From a virus (taxonomy: Duplodnaviria; Caudoviricetes), in the IMG/VR virus record IMGVR_UViG_3300025635_000129, positions 1 through 27,923 of that record: 27,923 nt of DNA, one strand, 5' to 3'. The notes beneath the pieces are model-generated. The model saw only the letters and a program-made list of their open reading frames with translations. It ran no database searches and was not told where the DNA came from. The position numbers and the translations under genes are program-made. Positions 26,472 to 27,923 of this stretch are shown here, piece by piece (within the stretch, counting starts at the first letter, position 1; each line of letters starts with the position of its first letter).

Positions 26472-26529
26472 ATAGTGTCCATGCCTTCGGGGTGGATACT
26501 ATTATTAACCTTGCTACGGGAGGTCTACA
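26468..26529 (+). ncRNA. ROSE-like RNA thermometer in the hsp20 5' UTR
   Basis: Long cUUCGg hairpin (26468-26506) followed by ACCUUGC-UACG-GGAGGU, pairing the SD with a bulged G in the UUGCU motif. Confidence 0.6.
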
Positions 26530-27012
26530 ATGACTAAGGTCTATACTACTGGTTATCCAAAAGATTGGAATATTAATTCTTTCTTTGTTGGATACGATAA
26601 ATTCTTCAATGAAGCTTCTAAGATTCACGATGAATTGGCGAAGCACGTCCCCAATTATCCTCCATACAACGTCAAAAAGATCGATGAAAATAAGTACGTC
26701 ATCGAACTAGCTGTTGCTGGTTTCTGTCGTTCTGACATCGAAATCGAGTTTGTGGAAGATAAACTCATCGTTCGTGGTGCTTCAAAGAACGACGATTCCA
26801 ATGATTACCTATTCAAAGGAATCAGCAACCGTTCATTCACCAGGACATTTGCTCTAAGCGACGCAATCGAGATCAAGGGTGCAGAGATGCTTAACGGTAT
26901 GCTGCAGATCATTCTCGAAAGAATCATTCCGGAGCATAAGAAACCGAAGAAGATTGAGATTAAAGAGCCTTCAGTTGTAGCCACTACAGATAAACAGCTA
27001 CTAACGGAGTAA
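26530..27012 (+). CDS. hsp20: Small heat shock protein (Hsp20, IbpA-like)
   Basis: YPPYN, IELAVAGF, GIS.RSFTRTF.L, A...NGML.I.LE..IPE.KKP. Confidence 0.95.
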   Translation: MTKVYTTGYPKDWNINSFFVGYDKFFNEASKIHDELAKHVPNYPPYNVKKIDENKYVIELAVAGFCRSDIEIEFVEDKLIVRGASKNDDSNDYLFKGISNRSFTRTFALSDAIEIKGAEMLNGMLQIILERIIPEHKKPKKIEIKEPSVVATTDKQLLTE

Positions 27013-27018
27013 TCTAAC

Positions 27019-27135
27019 ATGACTAAACAACAACTCGGTCGTCTATTTTTATGTCTTACATTATGTTTTGCACCAGTCGCATTTGCTATGTATGTGCATG
27101 AAGCAGTAAATATACTTCAACCAGCAATCATTTAA
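27019..27135 (+). CDS. 38-aa single-TM membrane peptide (not in the ORF track)
   Basis: MTKQQLGRLFLCLTLCFAPVAFAMYVHEAVNILQPAII*; GGAG SD 9 nt upstream; fills the gap between hsp20 and the terminator. Confidence 0.6.
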   Translation: MTKQQLGRLFLCLTLCFAPVAFAMYVHEAVNILQPAII

Positions 27136-27141
27136 GATTGC

Positions 27142-27166
27142 AAGGGGGAGGCAACTCCCCCTTTTT
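27142..27166 (+). terminator. Rho-independent terminator (GCAA loop)
   Basis: AAGGGGGAG-GCAA-CTCCCCCTT then TTT. Confidence 0.9.
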
Positions 27167-27169
27167 GAT

Positions 27170-27177
27170 TATAAATA
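27170..27177 (+). promoter_or_regulatory. T4 late promoter TATAAATA (endolysin)
   Basis: Exact consensus right after the terminator. Confidence 0.8.
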
Positions 27178-27181
27178 ATGC

Positions 27182-27790
27182 ATGAATAAAGAACTACTCA
27201 AGATTGCTTTTCCTACCGCATCAGATGAAACTCTGACTAAGTATCTTTTACATCTTGAAGATGCACTAGCTAATTACAACATTCAAACCCATCACGACAT
27301 CTCTGCTTTCTTAGCACACATTGGTCATGAATCCGGCGATCTTAGAAGAGTAAAAGAAAATCTTAACTACTCAGTCGATGGGTTACTTAAGGTATTTCCA
27401 AAATACTTTAAAGATCGTCAAGAAGCTGAGAAGTATGCAAGACAACCTATAAGAATAGCGAGCCGCGTGTATGCCAACCGCATGGGAAATAGCAACGAAG
27501 AGAGTGGTGATGGATGGAGATACTGTGGCCGCGGACTGATACAGTTAACTGGTAAAAGCAACTACCAAAAGTTTGCCAAATATGTAAACAAGAGTTTGGA
27601 TGATGTAATTAGTTTTCTAGAAGTACCAAAGGGAGCATGCACATCCGCTGCTTATTTTTGGAAAACAAATCATTGTAATGGTAAGACAATAGAAGAATCT
27701 ACTAAGATAATAAATGGTGGAACTCATGGCTTGGAAGATAGAAAAACAAGATATCAAAGAATAATTAATAAAATTTCAGATGTACTTTAA
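27182..27790 (+). CDS. Glycoside hydrolase family 19 endolysin
   Basis: FLA..GHESG, ENLNYS, YANRMGN, GRGLIQLTG..NY, INGG..GL.DR. Confidence 0.92.
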   Translation: MNKELLKIAFPTASDETLTKYLLHLEDALANYNIQTHHDISAFLAHIGHESGDLRRVKENLNYSVDGLLKVFPKYFKDRQEAEKYARQPIRIASRVYANRMGNSNEESGDGWRYCGRGLIQLTGKSNYQKFAKYVNKSLDDVISFLEVPKGACTSAAYFWKTNHCNGKTIEESTKIINGGTHGLEDRKTRYQRIINKISDVL

Positions 27791-27809
27791 TTATGAAACG
27801 TGTTAGTAT
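27781..27809 (+). promoter_or_regulatory. Early-type promoter TGTACT-N17-TAGTAT with extended TGn
   Basis: Same -35 as 7434; upstream of DNA polymerase. Confidence 0.55.
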
Positions 27810-27835
27810 ATTCATGATCATAGATGAGATTATAA

Positions 27836-27923
27836 ATGAAATTTTACACAAATGTAATTCTACGTGGAAGCAATATCCTGTTTCGTGGCTACGACAACGG
27901 AAAAAGGATACAACAAAAGATAA
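27836..27923 (+). CDS. gp43: DNA polymerase, N-terminus (partial)
   Basis: MKFYTNVILRGSNILFRGYDNGKR matches the T4-like gp43 N-terminus; regA-hsp20-gp43 synteny. Confidence 0.85.
   Translation, partial: MKFYTNVILRGSNILFRGYDNGKRIQQKI

Noticed and set aside
112-27020. All minus-strand ORFs and short alternative-frame + ORFs in the track
   Set aside because: They lie mostly or wholly within well-supported + strand genes, lack recognisable motifs, and are expected shadow ORFs
1-27923. tRNAs, CRISPR arrays, introns/inteins, homing endonucleases, stop-codon recoding
   Set aside because: Intergenic gaps are short, core genes are uninterrupted and of normal length under the standard code, and no spaced repeats or cloverleafs were seen

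Overview
A 27.9-kb segment of an AT-rich T4-like myophage genome, with all credible genes on the + strand. It runs from the end of tail sheath gp18 through gp19, portal gp20, head genes (gp67-like, a modular internal protein, gp21, gp22, gp23), gp3, uvsY, uvsW, gp55, gp47 and gp46. An accessory island of about 8.5 kb follows, then gp45, dsbA, gp44, gp62, regA, a second accessory block (IP-like protein, large PstS-like secreted protein, Hsp20, GH19 endolysin) and the start of DNA polymerase gp43. The most notable part is a translationally coupled DNA-modification cluster (15.2-21.7 kb). It encodes a MazG-like pyrophosphatase, PD-(D/E)XK protein, DUF1599-like protein, gp42-type dCMP hydroxymethylase, dCMP deaminase, a mini UDG with SMUG1-like motifs, T4-type alpha-glucosyltransferase, a C5-methyltransferase-fold enzyme with altered SAM-pocket motifs, a DUF3310-like protein and a GT-A glycosyltransferase. 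Two otherwise dissimilar proteins in the cluster share a C-terminal 4-Cys tag. Family assignments come from motif recognition only; no searches were run.
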